Under the pieces are notes generated by a model. It searched no databases. It was given only the letters and a program-made list of their open reading frames with translations, and was not told the DNA's origin. A DNA stretch of 64,000 nucleotides from a bacterium (lineage in GTDB: Bacteria > Actinomycetota > Acidimicrobiia > Spongiisociales > Spongiisociaceae): positions 36,446 through 100,445 of the forward strand of contig JAPPGU010000008.1 in NCBI GenBank assembly GCA_028821265.1. The letters run 5' to 3'. The position numbers and the translations under genes were made by a program. The stretch's first letter is position 1. Each line of letters opens with the position of its first letter. This document shows positions 1 through 10,114 of the stretch, one piece after another.

Positions 1-151
1 TGCCCAGACCATCGTCATGGTCACCCACGACGCCAACGCCGCCGGCTACGCCGACCGGGTCGTGTTCCTGGCCGACGGGAGGGTGGTCGACTCGATGGAG
101 GATCCCACCCCGGAGCGGGTTCTCGACCGCCTCAAGAGCCTGGAGTACTGA
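1..151 (+). CDS. ABC transporter ATP-binding protein, C-terminal fragment (MacB/LolD-like); 5' end outside window
   Basis: Frame ending TGA 149-151 translates ...AQTIVMVTHDANAAGYADRVVFLADGRVVDSMEDP..., a typical ABC ATPase C-terminus (H-loop and after). The stop overlaps the ATG of the downstream permease (TGATG). Confidence 0.6.
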   Translation, partial: AQTIVMVTHDANAAGYADRVVFLADGRVVDSMEDPTPERVLDRLKSLEY

Positions 152-2775
152 TGCTGCGGGTCTCCCTCAAGGGTGTCTGGGCCCACAAGGTACGCCTCGT
201 CCTCACCGCTCTGGCCATCATCCTCGGGGTCGGTCTTATCAGCGGGGTGTACGTGTACACCGACACGATCGGGAAGGCCTTCGACGGCATCTTCGCCGAC
301 GCTTATTCGGGAATCGACATCGCGATCGGAACCGAGTCCGAATTCAGCTTTGGCGAGGGAACCTACCTGGATGAGGCCGACTTCGCCCTGATCGACGATG
401 TCCCGGGGGTGGAAGAGGCCTACCCCTACCTCCAGGGCATCGGAGTGACCGTTCTGGACGCGGAGGGTGAAGTCTTGAGCAGCGGTCCGGGGCCGCCCAC
501 CTTCGTGTCCAGCCTGTCCGATCTCGAAGGAAGCGCCTACGACGACACCGGTGGCTTCACGATCGCCGAAGGCGCCTACCCGGTCGGAAGTGGGCAGGTT
601 GCCTTCGACCGCGGTGTCGCCGATCTGGGGGGATTCGAGGTCGGGGACCGGGTGACGGTGATCTCCGATCTGGTAGGTCGTCTTGATCTCGAACTGGCGG
701 GTATCGCCGTGTTCGGCGAGGGCGGCGGCCTGGGGGGCACCAAGTGGGTGTTCTTCGATCTACCGACCGCTCAGTCCGTGCTGCAACGTCCGGGAAAGCT
801 GTCCGGAGGGGCGGTGCAGGTCACTCCGGGGGCCCAGATCGATAACGTCATAGCCGGCATCCAGGCGGTACTGCCGGACCACGCCACCGTCGTGTCGGGC
901 CAGGACGCCGCGGAAGAAGAGGCCGCCGAGATCCAGGCCGCCCTCTCCTTCTTCACGATATTCCTGTCGGTGTTCGGATGGGTGGCCCTTTTCGTGGGCT
1001 CCTTCCTCATCTACAACACCTTCCGGATCGTGGTGAGCCAACGCACCCGGGAACTGGCACTATTGCGGGCCCTGGGCGCCGGTGCGCGCCAGATCCGGGG
1101 AATCGTCCTGCTCGAGGCGGTGACCATCGGCCTGATCGGCGCGGTCCTAGGGGTGGGCTTCGGCATCATGCTCGCCTTCGGCCTCCAGCTGATACTGCCG
1201 GCGGCCGGGATCGAGCTACCGACGGCCACGCTGTCCATCAAACCTCGAACGGTGATCGTCGGCCTCGCGGCGGGCACCCTGATCACGTTCTTCTCCGCAC
1301 TGATCCCGGCCAGGCGGGCCTCCAAGGTCTCAGTGATGGCCGCCCTCCGAGAGGATGCCGCCGGCCCGGCCCGGGGCGGGTTCCTGCGCCGGGCCCTGGT
1401 GGGAGCGGTGATCCTGGTGCTCGGGTTGGCCGGCCTCTTCTTCGGGTTGTTCGGCGATACAGGTTCCGGGCCGAGCCCGATCGTCTACGTGGGAGTAGGG
1501 GTCGGGGTGATCTTCCTGGCGGTCTTCGTGCTCAGCCCGCTGGCGGCGGGTCCCGTCACCAACCTTCTCGGAACCGTCCTGGAACGGTTCACCGGTACGT
1601 CCGGCAGGCTCGCCCGACGGAACGCCATGCGGAGCCCGCGGAGGACCGCAGCCACCGCCGCGGCGGTGACCATCAGCATCACGCTGGTAGCGCTGGCCTC
1701 CACCCTCACCGGCTCCATCCGAGGGACCCTCGACGAAGTGCTGGCCAACAATGTGGACGCGGAGGTGGTCGTCCTGCCGGCCGGCCAGTTTGGCGACCCT
1801 TCCGCCGCCTTCGCCCCCGAGGTAGCGGAGCGCATGGAGGGAATAGATCTCGTGGCGGATCTCACCCGGATCGGGATCAGTTGGGGACTTCTCACCGTCG
1901 AGACGCCAACAGGGACTCTTACCGACGAGATCCTGATCACCGGGGCGGAGCCGAACCTGGCCGACTTCATTCCGCCCGACGAGTTCCAGGGCTCGCTCGA
2001 CCCCGGCCCGGGAGAGGTCGTCATCGAGGCTGCGATCGCCGACGACTATGACGTCGCGTTGGGCGACTCCCTGGTCATCGAGTTCGAGCAGTCCGGCGAG
2101 TTCCCATTCACCTTGGTGGGCATCGCGGAAGGGCCCGCCTGGGCCGGGATAGTCGCCGTCCCCGCAGCTGACCTGATATCGGCCACCGGGCGGGACCAGC
2201 ACTCCCAGGTCTATGCGCAGGCGGTGGAGGACGTTACCCCGGACGAACTGAAGGCTGCCGTCGAGCCGTTGCTGGCCGACTTCCCGAACGTGGCGGTCCA
2301 GACGTTCGAGGATCTGCAGAGCGAGGCCGAAGCCCAACTGAACGGGTTGCTCAACTTCATCCTGGCCCTGCTTGCCCTGGCCGTGGTCATCGGGATGCTG
2401 GGGGTGACCAACACGATGGCCCTGGCGGTGTTCGAGCGGACCCGCGAGATAGGTCTCCTGCGGGCGGTGGGCCTCGACCGGCGGACCACCCGACGGATGG
2501 TCCGGGCCGAAGCGTCGATCGTCTCGGTGTTCGGGGCCCTGATGGGGATCAGCCTGGGCATCTTCTTCGGCTGGGCGCTGATAAAGGCCCTGGAGGACCT
2601 GGGGTTCGCGGTCTTCGTTATCCCGTGGCTACCGTCGTCGGCGACGGTCGCCGGCGTGCTGGGAAGCCTGGTCTTCTGGCTGCTCGCCACCGGAATACTC
2701 GGGATCCTGTTCGCGGTCTATCCGGCGTGGAGGGCAGCCCGGCTCAAGGTCATAGAGGCCATCGCCCACCTCTGA
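151..2775 (+). CDS. ABC transporter permease, FtsX-like, 874 aa with two FtsX/MacB-type permease modules
   Basis: 874-aa ORF with N-terminal TM, large periplasmic loops and FtsX signature TM bundles in both halves (…FLIYNTFRIVVSQRTRELALLRALGAG… and …NTMALAVFERTREIGLLRAVGL…). Translationally coupled to the upstream ATPase. Confidence 0.8.
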   Translation: MLRVSLKGVWAHKVRLVLTALAIILGVGLISGVYVYTDTIGKAFDGIFADAYSGIDIAIGTESEFSFGEGTYLDEADFALIDDVPGVEEAYPYLQGIGVTVLDAEGEVLSSGPGPPTFVSSLSDLEGSAYDDTGGFTIAEGAYPVGSGQVAFDRGVADLGGFEVGDRVTVISDLVGRLDLELAGIAVFGEGGGLGGTKWVFFDLPTAQSVLQRPGKLSGGAVQVTPGAQIDNVIAGIQAVLPDHATVVSGQDAAEEEAAEIQAALSFFTIFLSVFGWVALFVGSFLIYNTFRIVVSQRTRELALLRALGAGARQIRGIVLLEAVTIGLIGAVLGVGFGIMLAFGLQLILPAAGIELPTATLSIKPRTVIVGLAAGTLITFFSALIPARRASKVSVMAALREDAAGPARGGFLRRALVGAVILVLGLAGLFFGLFGDTGSGPSPIVYVGVGVGVIFLAVFVLSPLAAGPVTNLLGTVLERFTGTSGRLARRNAMRSPRRTAATAAAVTISITLVALASTLTGSIRGTLDEVLANNVDAEVVVLPAGQFGDPSAAFAPEVAERMEGIDLVADLTRIGISWGLLTVETPTGTLTDEILITGAEPNLADFIPPDEFQGSLDPGPGEVVIEAAIADDYDVALGDSLVIEFEQSGEFPFTLVGIAEGPAWAGIVAVPAADLISATGRDQHSQVYAQAVEDVTPDELKAAVEPLLADFPNVAVQTFEDLQSEAEAQLNGLLNFILALLALAVVIGMLGVTNTMALAVFERTREIGLLRAVGLDRRTTRRMVRAEASIVSVFGALMGISLGIFFGWALIKALEDLGFAVFVIPWLPSSATVAGVLGSLVFWLLATGILGILFAVYPAWRAARLKVIEAIAHL

Positions 2776-2839
2776 GCGCGACATCGGCGGGACGCTGCTC
2801 TCGCGTCGCTCTGGTTGGGTAGCCGGAGGATGCAGGTGA

Positions 2840-3712
2840 TCAGGCCGGTTCGACCGGTGTGAGCGTGAAGGAGATCCGGTCGTAGTAGAGGCGGGTAAGG
2901 CCCTCGAAGCCCGAGTCTGTGCCCACGATCAGCCAGGCGCGGCCCTCCTCGTCCGCCTCCACCACAACCCGACCGTCCATGCTGTCGAGGGTCTTCACGC
3001 GGAACTCGTCACCCACGATGTCGGGATGCCCCACAACGCCGAGCACTGACATCTGCGTGCCGCCCCGGGACTGGTTGCCCTTGTCGATGTCCATCCGGAG
3101 GTGGCCGGTGCTGTCGGGCGCCGCGTCGGGCTCGGTGGTGGAGGCACCCGCCTTGACGTACACGCTCTGGCCGGGGGAACCGCCTATCCCGATCGAATCC
3201 AGCGGGGCGTCGGTAGCCAGGTCCACGGCCGCGAACACGGTGTAGGAAGCCCCCGAGACAAGGCCTTCCACCCGTCGCTTCAGGTACATGAACAGGTCGT
3301 CGCTGCGATTGTGGCCTTGGAGATAGATGCCCGAGCCGTCGAGGCCGTCGGGAAGGGCACGGTGCCCGCTGTCGAGTTCATAGATCGACTGGTCGTAGTT
3401 CTCCGGCAGGTCGGCGAATCCGACCACCCAGCCGTCGGCGTCGATCGCGAAGGAGAAATCGAACTCCACCACCTCCGGAGCCGGCTTGGGAGCCTCCGGG
3501 TCGGTCGTAGCCGGCTGAGTCGTGGCCGGCTGGGTCGTGGCCGGCTGGGTCGTGATCGTCTCGACCACGGTCACCTCCGGCGTCTCCGGCTCGGTGGTGG
3601 GCGGCTGGGTACTGGTCGGGTCCGGCGCATCCGGAATGGTGGGAGACTCGGTGGGCGCGCAGCCTGCCAGGGCGATCGCCACCAGTGCGATCATCAGCAG
3701 CCGGCTTCGCAT
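2840..3712 (-). CDS. Thr/Pro-rich secreted lipoprotein (hypothetical)
   Basis: Start at MRSRLLMIALVAIALAGC (signal peptide plus lipobox LAGC). Internal PATTQ x3 region encoded by a 15-bp tandem repeat at 3511-3560. The ORF upstream of this Met looks like read-through. Confidence 0.55.
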   Translation of the reverse strand: MRSRLLMIALVAIALAGCAPTESPTIPDAPDPTSTQPPTTEPETPEVTVVETITTQPATTQPATTQPATTDPEAPKPAPEVVEFDFSFAIDADGWVVGFADLPENYDQSIYELDSGHRALPDGLDGSGIYLQGHNRSDDLFMYLKRRVEGLVSGASYTVFAAVDLATDAPLDSIGIGGSPGQSVYVKAGASTTEPDAAPDSTGHLRMDIDKGNQSRGGTQMSVLGVVGHPDIVGDEFRVKTLDSMDGRVVVEADEEGRAWLIVGTDSGFEGLTRLYYDRISFTLTPVEPA

Positions 3713-3955
3713 CCCGGCCCGCGCCGACCGAAGTCCCCACCTCGCCGCTGTCACAGGAACTCGGAGGCGTGTTGTAGGTCGTCCCCCGCGGGATGCCGGC
3801 CCGCCGGGACGCGTCATGCGGGGCCGGTTCCGAGATGCCGACACACTACGCGCAAGAATCCCGCCGCAATCATCCCTTCTTCATGATATGACACGGTTGC
3901 GGCCGGCGCGAGATCATCGGAGCATCGCCGGGCGGAAGCCGGTCCGTGGACGGTA

Positions 3956-4364
3956 CTAAGCCGCGGGGCCCGTCTCGGGTTTGGTGGGTAGCCGGAGGAT
4001 GTAGACGATCAGGCCGACCCCGAACAGCCCCAGAAGCAGCCGCATCATCGGGCTGTCGAGCGCGAACCCCAGCGTGATGGCAAAGGACAGGATGATGGCG
4101 ATCACCGCGACGGCCTTGAGGCGGACGGTGAATCCTTGGCCGGATCTCCAGTCCCTGATGATCGGCCCGAACACCCGATGCTCGACCACCCATCGATCGA
4201 AGCGGGCAGACGACTTCGAGAACAGGAAGGCTGCCAGGAGGACCGGACCGGTGGTGGGGATCAGGGGAACCCAGATGCCCACGATGCCGATCGCGGCGAA
4301 AAGGAGACCCAGCCCCAGGAGGACCGACCTCAGAACCCGGTTCTGCACTAGTCCCGTCGGCATG
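3956..4364 (-). CDS. YbaN/DUF454 family inner-membrane protein
   Basis: MPTGLVQNRVLRSVLLGLGLLFAAIGIVGIWVPLIPTTGPVLLAAFLFSKSSARFDRWVVEHRVFGPIIRDW… matches the DUF454 pattern. Start chosen at the internal Met (4364). Confidence 0.65.
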
Positions 4365-4506
4365 TCCGTGGACGTTAGGCACGGTGGATGACAACAGAAA
4401 GTCGGAAACGTTGCTTGACCCCCGCATCCGCCCGGTCCGGGCGCTGGTCGCTGCGGGTGAGACCGGGCAGCAAGTAGTGACAACGGATTGTCTAGACTCC
4501 CGAGCC

Positions 4507-5886
4507 GTGGATCGGACTCGCAAGAACTGGATCGACTCCGATCGGTTTATTCCCGCCAGGTTCGTCCGCCCGGTCCTCCGGCTTACCCATATCGAGGCTT
4601 CGTCGGGAGTGGTCCTGGTGGTGGCCGCCGTGGCCGCCATGCTCTGGGCGAACCTTCCGGTTTTCGGGGACTCCTACGTCAACTTCTGGCACGAGCACCA
4701 CCTCGAAATAACCCTCGGGCCCATCCACCTCACCGAAGACTTCAAGCACCTCGTCAACGACGGGTTGATGGCGATCTTCTTTCTGGTCGTGGGACTGGAG
4801 ATCAAGCGGGAACTCGTCCTGGGGGAACTCCGCGATCCGCGCAAGGCCGCCCTCCCGGTGGTGGCCGCCCTGGGCGGCATGGTCCTGCCGGCGCTCATCT
4901 ACCTGGCCTTCAACGCCGGCGATCCGGCCGCCCTCCGTGGATGGGGAGTACCGATGGCGACCGACATCGCATTCTCGCTCGGCGTGCTGGCCCTGGTCGG
5001 CTCCCGGGTGCCGGTCGGCGCGCGGCTGTTCTTGCTGGCGGTGGCCATCGCCGATGACATCGGCGCGATAGCCGTAATCGCCATCTTCTATACCGCCGAT
5101 CTCAGCCTCGGGTACCTGGGGTTGGGGATCGCCGTACTGGCCCTCATCGTCATAGCAACCAGGGTCAACATCCGGTCCCATATCCTCTACGCCCCGCTGG
5201 CACTGCTCGCCTGGTTCTGTTTCCTTGAGTCCGGCGTCCACAGCACCATCGCCGGCGTGATCCTCGGCTTCCTCACCCCCTCGCGCCCCCTGTACGACAA
5301 CCGCGAATTCGACCGCGCGGCGCGGGAAATCGTCGACATCTATCCGACGCACTCCACCGAGCCGGGGTTCCACGAGAAGGTCGAGTACGAGGCCCGGCAG
5401 CTCGCGGACGTGGCGAGGGAATCCATCTCCCCGCTGTCCCGCCTCCAGCACCTGCTCCATAACTGGAGCGCCTTCGTGATCGTTCCGATATTCGCGCTTG
5501 CCAATGCGGGCGTGTCCCTGGCCGGGATCGACCTGATCGATTCCGTTACCTCGAGGGTCGCGTTGGGAGTGGCGATCGGCCTGGTGGCCGGGAAGGCGGT
5601 CGGCGTGACGGGTTTCGCCTGGCTGGTGGTCAAGCTGGGTTGGGGCCGCCTGCCCACGGGTATCGGATGGCGGCACATGATCGGCACCGCGACGCTGGCC
5701 GGGATCGGATTCACGGTGGCCCTCTTCATCGGAGAACTGGCCTTCACGGACCATACGATCGTCGATCTCTCCAAGATCGGTATCTTCACGGGCTCGATCC
5801 TCGCCGGGGTGCTCGGCTACCTGATCCTGCGGTCGACACCCGAGCGCAACCAGCCCTCCCAGACAGCGGACGGCACCGTCAGCTGA
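4507..5886 (+). CDS. nhaA: Na+/H+ antiporter NhaA
   Basis: Strong NhaA similarity (…LMAIFFLVVGLEIKRELVLGEL…ATDIAFSLGVLALVGSRVP…AIADDIGAIAVIA…). Start uncertain (GTG 4507 proposed); ORF opens at 4384 and would overlap the divergent YbaN-like gene. Confidence 0.85.
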   Translation: MDRTRKNWIDSDRFIPARFVRPVLRLTHIEASSGVVLVVAAVAAMLWANLPVFGDSYVNFWHEHHLEITLGPIHLTEDFKHLVNDGLMAIFFLVVGLEIKRELVLGELRDPRKAALPVVAALGGMVLPALIYLAFNAGDPAALRGWGVPMATDIAFSLGVLALVGSRVPVGARLFLLAVAIADDIGAIAVIAIFYTADLSLGYLGLGIAVLALIVIATRVNIRSHILYAPLALLAWFCFLESGVHSTIAGVILGFLTPSRPLYDNREFDRAAREIVDIYPTHSTEPGFHEKVEYEARQLADVARESISPLSRLQHLLHNWSAFVIVPIFALANAGVSLAGIDLIDSVTSRVALGVAIGLVAGKAVGVTGFAWLVVKLGWGRLPTGIGWRHMIGTATLAGIGFTVALFIGELAFTDHTIVDLSKIGIFTGSILAGVLGYLILRSTPERNQPSQTADGTVS

Positions 5887-5888
5887 TC

Positions 5889-7295
5889 ATGGCCGCCTAC
5901 GACGCGGTAGTCGTCGGCTCGGGACCCAACGGGCTGGCCGCGGCCGTCCTGCTGGCGGAACGCGAGCACCGGGTGGTGGTGCTGGAGGCCGCTCGGACCA
6001 TCGGCGGGGGCACCCGAACCGAGGAGTTGACGCTTCCGGGCTTCCGGCACGACGTGTGCTCCGGCTTCCATCCGTTGGGCGCGGCCTCGCCGCTCTTCGA
6101 CCGGCTACCCCTGGAACGGCACGGGCTCCGCTGGATCGCGCCGGAGATCCAGCTGGCCCACCCCTTCGACACCGGCGGCGCGGCGGCGCTGTGGCACTCG
6201 CTGGACCGGACCTGCTACAACCTCGGCGCCGACTCGGACAGGTGGCGACAGGCCGTTGGATGGATCGCCGCCGGCTGGGATGACTTCGCGGCACGGACGA
6301 TGAAGCCCCTGGCCAGACGGCCCCTGCCTGCGGCCGGCGCGATCCGGGCGGCCCTTCCGGCGGCCACCTTCGCCCGGCGGTTCCGTACCCCCGCCGGCCG
6401 AGCCCTCTTCGCCGGGTTGGCCGCCCACGCCATGGCTCCGTTGGGGACTCCGGGCACCGCCGGCATCGGCCTGGTGCTGGGCGCCCTGGCCCATGTCGGC
6501 GGATGGCCGATCGCGGAGGGTGGCTCTGAGGCGATCGGTCGCGCCCTCGCCCGCTACCTCGAAGGGTTGGGCGGGTCGATACGGATCGGACACCCGGTCA
6601 GGACGCCCTCGGACATCCCGGATACGAGGGCGGTCCTGTTCGACACCCATCCCCGGGCGCTGGTTGCCGTCTACGGCCGCCGAGCGCTCGGCCGCGCCGC
6701 CCACCGCCGGATCCGCCGCTACCGGAGCGGCGCGGCCTCCTACAAGATCGACTACGCACTGGACGGCCCCATCCCGTGGACCGCACCGGAGTGCCGCCGA
6801 GCCGGAACGGTGCACTTAGGAGGAACCTACGGGGAGATCGCCGGGGCGGAGAGGTCGGTCGCGGAAGGCGCGGTCCCGGATCGTCCCTTCGTGCTGGTCG
6901 GCCAGCAGAGCCTCTTCGATCCGGCCCGGGCCCCGGAGGGCAAACACACCGCCTGGGTCTACACCCATGTGCCCTTGCGCAGCACCGAGCCGGTGAGGGA
7001 ACGGGTCGAGAACCAGATCGAGCGCTTCGCGCCCGGTTTCCGCGACCTGGTCCTGGCGGCGCAGGTCACCACGCCACTCGACTTCGAGTCCTACAACCCC
7101 AACTACCTGGCAGGCGACACCGCCACGGGCGCTTACAACATCAGCCGGATGCTCGGCCGCCCGGGCCCGTTCCGCAACCCATACCGCACCGGCATCCCGG
7201 GCGTGTTCCTGTGCTCGGCGGCTACCCCGCCCGGACCCGGCGTCCACGGGATGTGCGGCGCCAACGCCGCCGTCGCCGCCATGCGGGAGCTCTAG
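5889..7295 (+). CDS. FAD/NAD(P)-binding oxidoreductase, phytoene-desaturase-related (COG1233-like)
   Basis: MAAYDAVVVGSGPNGLAAAVLLAEREHRVVVLEAARTIGGG… Rossmann GxGxxG dinucleotide motif. Start 3 nt after the nhaA stop. Confidence 0.75.
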   Translation: MAAYDAVVVGSGPNGLAAAVLLAEREHRVVVLEAARTIGGGTRTEELTLPGFRHDVCSGFHPLGAASPLFDRLPLERHGLRWIAPEIQLAHPFDTGGAAALWHSLDRTCYNLGADSDRWRQAVGWIAAGWDDFAARTMKPLARRPLPAAGAIRAALPAATFARRFRTPAGRALFAGLAAHAMAPLGTPGTAGIGLVLGALAHVGGWPIAEGGSEAIGRALARYLEGLGGSIRIGHPVRTPSDIPDTRAVLFDTHPRALVAVYGRRALGRAAHRRIRRYRSGAASYKIDYALDGPIPWTAPECRRAGTVHLGGTYGEIAGAERSVAEGAVPDRPFVLVGQQSLFDPARAPEGKHTAWVYTHVPLRSTEPVRERVENQIERFAPGFRDLVLAAQVTTPLDFESYNPNYLAGDTATGAYNISRMLGRPGPFRNPYRTGIPGVFLCSAATPPGPGVHGMCGANAAVAAMREL

Positions 7296-7372
7296 TTGCT
7301 AGTTGCTATTTGTTAGTCGATAGTTATAATTGATATTATTGGTCGTATGGGCACCCTTTGTACCCTTGGAAC
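7296..7372. repeat. AT-rich heptad tandem repeat (TAGTTGC TAGTTGC TATTTGT TAGTCGA TAGTTAT AATTGAT ATTATTG) between convergent genes
   Basis: ~25% GC island in a ~70% GC genome; 7-bp periodic TAGTTGN units seen directly in the sequence. Confidence 0.5.
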
Positions 7373-7391
7373 TACTGGTCTGGAGGCGGGA

Positions 7392-8426
7392 TCAGCCGAT
7401 CGGGGTGTCGAGACGGCCTTTCCTCCAGGCCATGATGTAGTTCATGCACATCTCGTCGCGGCCCAGCAGGGTGTCCTCGGCCAGCCTGTAGGCCGCGGAG
7501 TCGCGATCCACCGAGAAGACCGCGGCCAGCGGGTTCATCACCGGGTCGATGATGCCACTGTCCGCACCCGCCTCGACGGCCAGGTTGATGAAGGCGGCGT
7601 TCATCAGCTTGCGGGCGGGTATGCCGAACGAGACGTTGCTCATGCCGCCGGTGATGTGTATCTCCGGCCCGTAGCGCTCCCGGAGGGTACGAATCGCCTC
7701 GAGGGTGTGAAGACCGAAGCTGCCGTCCACCGAGATGGGGAAGACGAGCGGATCCACGAACAGGTCTCCGATACGAAGGCCCGCGCCGAGCGCCCTCTCC
7801 ACCATCCGGGAGGCGTTGTCGATGCGCTCACTTGCGCTGGACGGCATACCGTCGGCCCCGGCGGCGGTGACGATCGCCCTGGCGCCGTACTCCAACGCGA
7901 GCTCCACCGCCTCGGTCCGCTCCAGGGAGGCCGAGTTGAGGATCGGCGGGGTGTCACCGGCCCGGCGAGCGGCGGCCAGCCCGGCCTCGATGACGGTGAT
8001 GTCGGAGGAGTCCACGGAGATCGGGAGATCGGTCAGCGAGCCCACGTAAACGACCAGCCACTCCATGGCCGCCCGCTGCTCACCGGTCCGGAGCGAGATC
8101 TCGTCCACGTTGACGTCCAGGTAGTGGGCGCCGGTCCGCTCCTGGTCGGCCACCACACGCCGCAGGTACTCCAGGCCCAGGTCCGGGTCGCCCCCTCTCC
8201 CCATGGCGGCATCCACCGCCAGGGCGATGTGCTTGATCCGGCCCTCGTCGTAGGCCTTCGTGGCCCGCATCGCGGCCGAGATCGGGAGGAGCCCCGTCTC
8301 CCCGTCGAGGGTCTCGAAGGTGACGCCCTCCACGCCGTTCTCCACGGCGAAGCGCTTGCCCTTCCTGAGGACGATGCGGCTGGTGTGGACGTTCTCGCCG
8401 ATGACGACGAACCTCGGTTGCTTCAT
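7392..8426 (-). CDS. Pterin-binding methyltransferase (methyl-tetrahydrofolate:corrinoid methyltransferase, MT-II; AcsE/MtrH/DHPS-like)
   Basis: 344-aa TIM-barrel pterin-binding domain protein (…DVNVDEISLRTGEQRAAMEWLV…ITGGMSNVSFGIP…). Start ATG overlaps the stop of the upstream RACE gene (ATGA). Confidence 0.75.
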   Translation of the reverse strand: MKQPRFVVIGENVHTSRIVLRKGKRFAVENGVEGVTFETLDGETGLLPISAAMRATKAYDEGRIKHIALAVDAAMGRGGDPDLGLEYLRRVVADQERTGAHYLDVNVDEISLRTGEQRAAMEWLVVYVGSLTDLPISVDSSDITVIEAGLAAARRAGDTPPILNSASLERTEAVELALEYGARAIVTAAGADGMPSSASERIDNASRMVERALGAGLRIGDLFVDPLVFPISVDGSFGLHTLEAIRTLRERYGPEIHITGGMSNVSFGIPARKLMNAAFINLAVEAGADSGIIDPVMNPLAAVFSVDRDSAAYRLAEDTLLGRDEMCMNYIMAWRKGRLDTPIG

Positions 8427-10114
8427 CGCATCATCAACTCGGGCGCAGCCGGGCTCGCGCTCTCAGGGGCCGGCGGGAGGGTGTCGGGCATGGGCTTCAT
8501 CTGACATCCCTCCACGAAGATCTCGAAGAAGTCGGGCGTGGTCTCCAGCTCGAGATGGGTCACCCGCTTGGCCAGTTCCTCCGCCCGGGGGCGTCTGGTC
8601 CTGTCCAGAAGCAGGGCGCGCGCTCCCTCGATGGACGCGTTCCCCACCTTGACCACCCGCTCCTCGGGCACGGGCGCGATGAGGCCGATCTCGATGGCGT
8701 TACGGACGTCCAGGTAGTTGGCGAACCCTCCCGCCAGGTAGAGGCGGTCGATGCCGGATGGAGTGACCCCGGCGGTACGCATCACGATGAACTGGCCGCA
8801 GTAGTTGGCGGCCTTGGCCTGGGCGAGGTTGCCGATGTCACGCCTCGAGAAGGTGATGCCCCGATCGGGCACCAGGTCGATGGCGCCCAGCTTGCGATCG
8901 CTGGTGAACACGCCCAGCGGCGTCATGAGTTCGAGGCGGCGAAGCTCGGCCAGCAGGTCGGTGAGGCCGGAGCCGCAGATCCCGGACGCCGGAGCGTCGC
9001 CGATGGTCCTGTAGGAGCCGGCCGATCCGTCGCGGTCGAGCCGGATCGACTCGATGGCCCCGTCGTACGCCCTCATGCCGTAGGTGACCAGCCCCCCCTC
9101 GAAGGCCGGCCCCGCCGGGCAGGAGGCCGCGTAGAGACGGCCCTGATGGTGGAGCACCACCTCGGTGTTGGTGCCGATGTCCACCAGCATCTCGGTCTCC
9201 CCGGTCCGGCCCAGCCGGACGGTCTCGAGGCAGGCCACCGCATCGGCGCCCACATGGCTGGCGATCAGTGGCAGGCCGTAGACCCGGGCACGCCGGTTGG
9301 CGCGCAGGCCCAGGTCGCGGCTCAGAGCCAGCAGGGCGGTGTGGGGGCGCCGACCGTCCAGGTACTCGTGCTCGATGAGCGACTTGTAGGGCTTCTGGCC
9401 GATGCTCTGGACATCGATGCCGAACAGGATGTCGCGCATGGTGGAGTTGGCCGCCACCACGATCTCGTAGACATGGGGAGGGCGCTTGCCGAGGTGGCCG
9501 ACCATCTCGCGGACACCCTGGCCGATGGCCGCCACGGCGGCGTTTCGCAGCTCGCCGGCCACGCCCCGCCCGGCCTCGTAGGAGATGCGGTTCATGACGT
9601 CGCTGCCGCCGAACTGCTGCGGATTCTCGAAGCTGGTGACGGCGACGGTCTCGCCCGACTCGAGGTCGACCAGCTCCAGGACCACGGTCGTGGTTCCCAG
9701 GTCGACCGCCACACCGAGGATGGCCCCGCGGTAGGTGTCGATCACCTCGCCCGCATACCTGACCTGGTCGCCGGTCCTGATCACCATCGGGTCGAGCCGT
9801 TCGTCCGGATCCGGGCGCCGGCGGCCGGATTCCAGGATCCTCGGACGGCGGCGGAGCGGCTCGAAGCTGATCGGGCGCGCGTCGCTCACGATCCTGGCCT
9901 GGCAAGCCAGCCTGAAGCTGCCCCGGAGGAAGCTCTCCGGCTCGGTGCGCGGCGCCAGTGACTCCATGCCCCCGGTTATCTCCACCACGCACTCGTGGCA
10001 CCGGCCGGTACGCAGGCAGGAGGTGGGAACTTCGACCGACAACTCATCGGCGTAGTCGAAGATGGTCCGGCCGATCCGCAGCTTCCTGGTCGTGCCCAGG
10101 TGGGAAACGGTCAC
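8423..10114 (-). CDS. Corrinoid reductive activase (RACE/RamA-like ASKHA ATPase with N-terminal plant-type [2Fe-2S] ferredoxin domain)
   Basis: N-terminus VTVSHLGTTRKLRIGRTIFDYADELSVEVPTSCLRTGRCHECVV…LACQA carries a CX5CX2C…C 2Fe-2S motif. Followed by a large ASKHA/DUF4445-type ATPase body. GTG start at 10114; the ORF extension to 10558 looks like non-coding read-through. Confidence 0.75.
   Translation of the reverse strand: MTVSHLGTTRKLRIGRTIFDYADELSVEVPTSCLRTGRCHECVVEITGGMESLAPRTEPESFLRGSFRLACQARIVSDARPISFEPLRRRPRILESGRRRPDPDERLDPMVIRTGDQVRYAGEVIDTYRGAILGVAVDLGTTTVVLELVDLESGETVAVTSFENPQQFGGSDVMNRISYEAGRGVAGELRNAAVAAIGQGVREMVGHLGKRPPHVYEIVVAANSTMRDILFGIDVQSIGQKPYKSLIEHEYLDGRRPHTALLALSRDLGLRANRRARVYGLPLIASHVGADAVACLETVRLGRTGETEMLVDIGTNTEVVLHHQGRLYAASCPAGPAFEGGLVTYGMRAYDGAIESIRLDRDGSAGSYRTIGDAPASGICGSGLTDLLAELRRLELMTPLGVFTSDRKLGAIDLVPDRGITFSRRDIGNLAQAKAANYCGQFIVMRTAGVTPSGIDRLYLAGGFANYLDVRNAIEIGLIAPVPEERVVKVGNASIEGARALLLDRTRRPRAEELAKRVTHLELETTPDFFEIFVEGCQMKPMPDTLPPAPESASPAAPELMMR

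Noticed and set aside
4384-4506. ATG at 4384 as the nhaA start
   Set aside because: It would overlap the divergent YbaN-like gene by ~100 nt, and the encoded N-terminus (MDDNRKSETLLDPRIRPVRALVAAGETGQQ…) has no NhaA counterpart.
8555-9961. 468-aa + strand ORF opposite the RACE gene, and 11250-12491 (+) opposite the MT-I gene
   Set aside because: Antisense shadow ORFs with low-complexity G/R/A/P-rich products. The minus-strand genes have strong family signatures.
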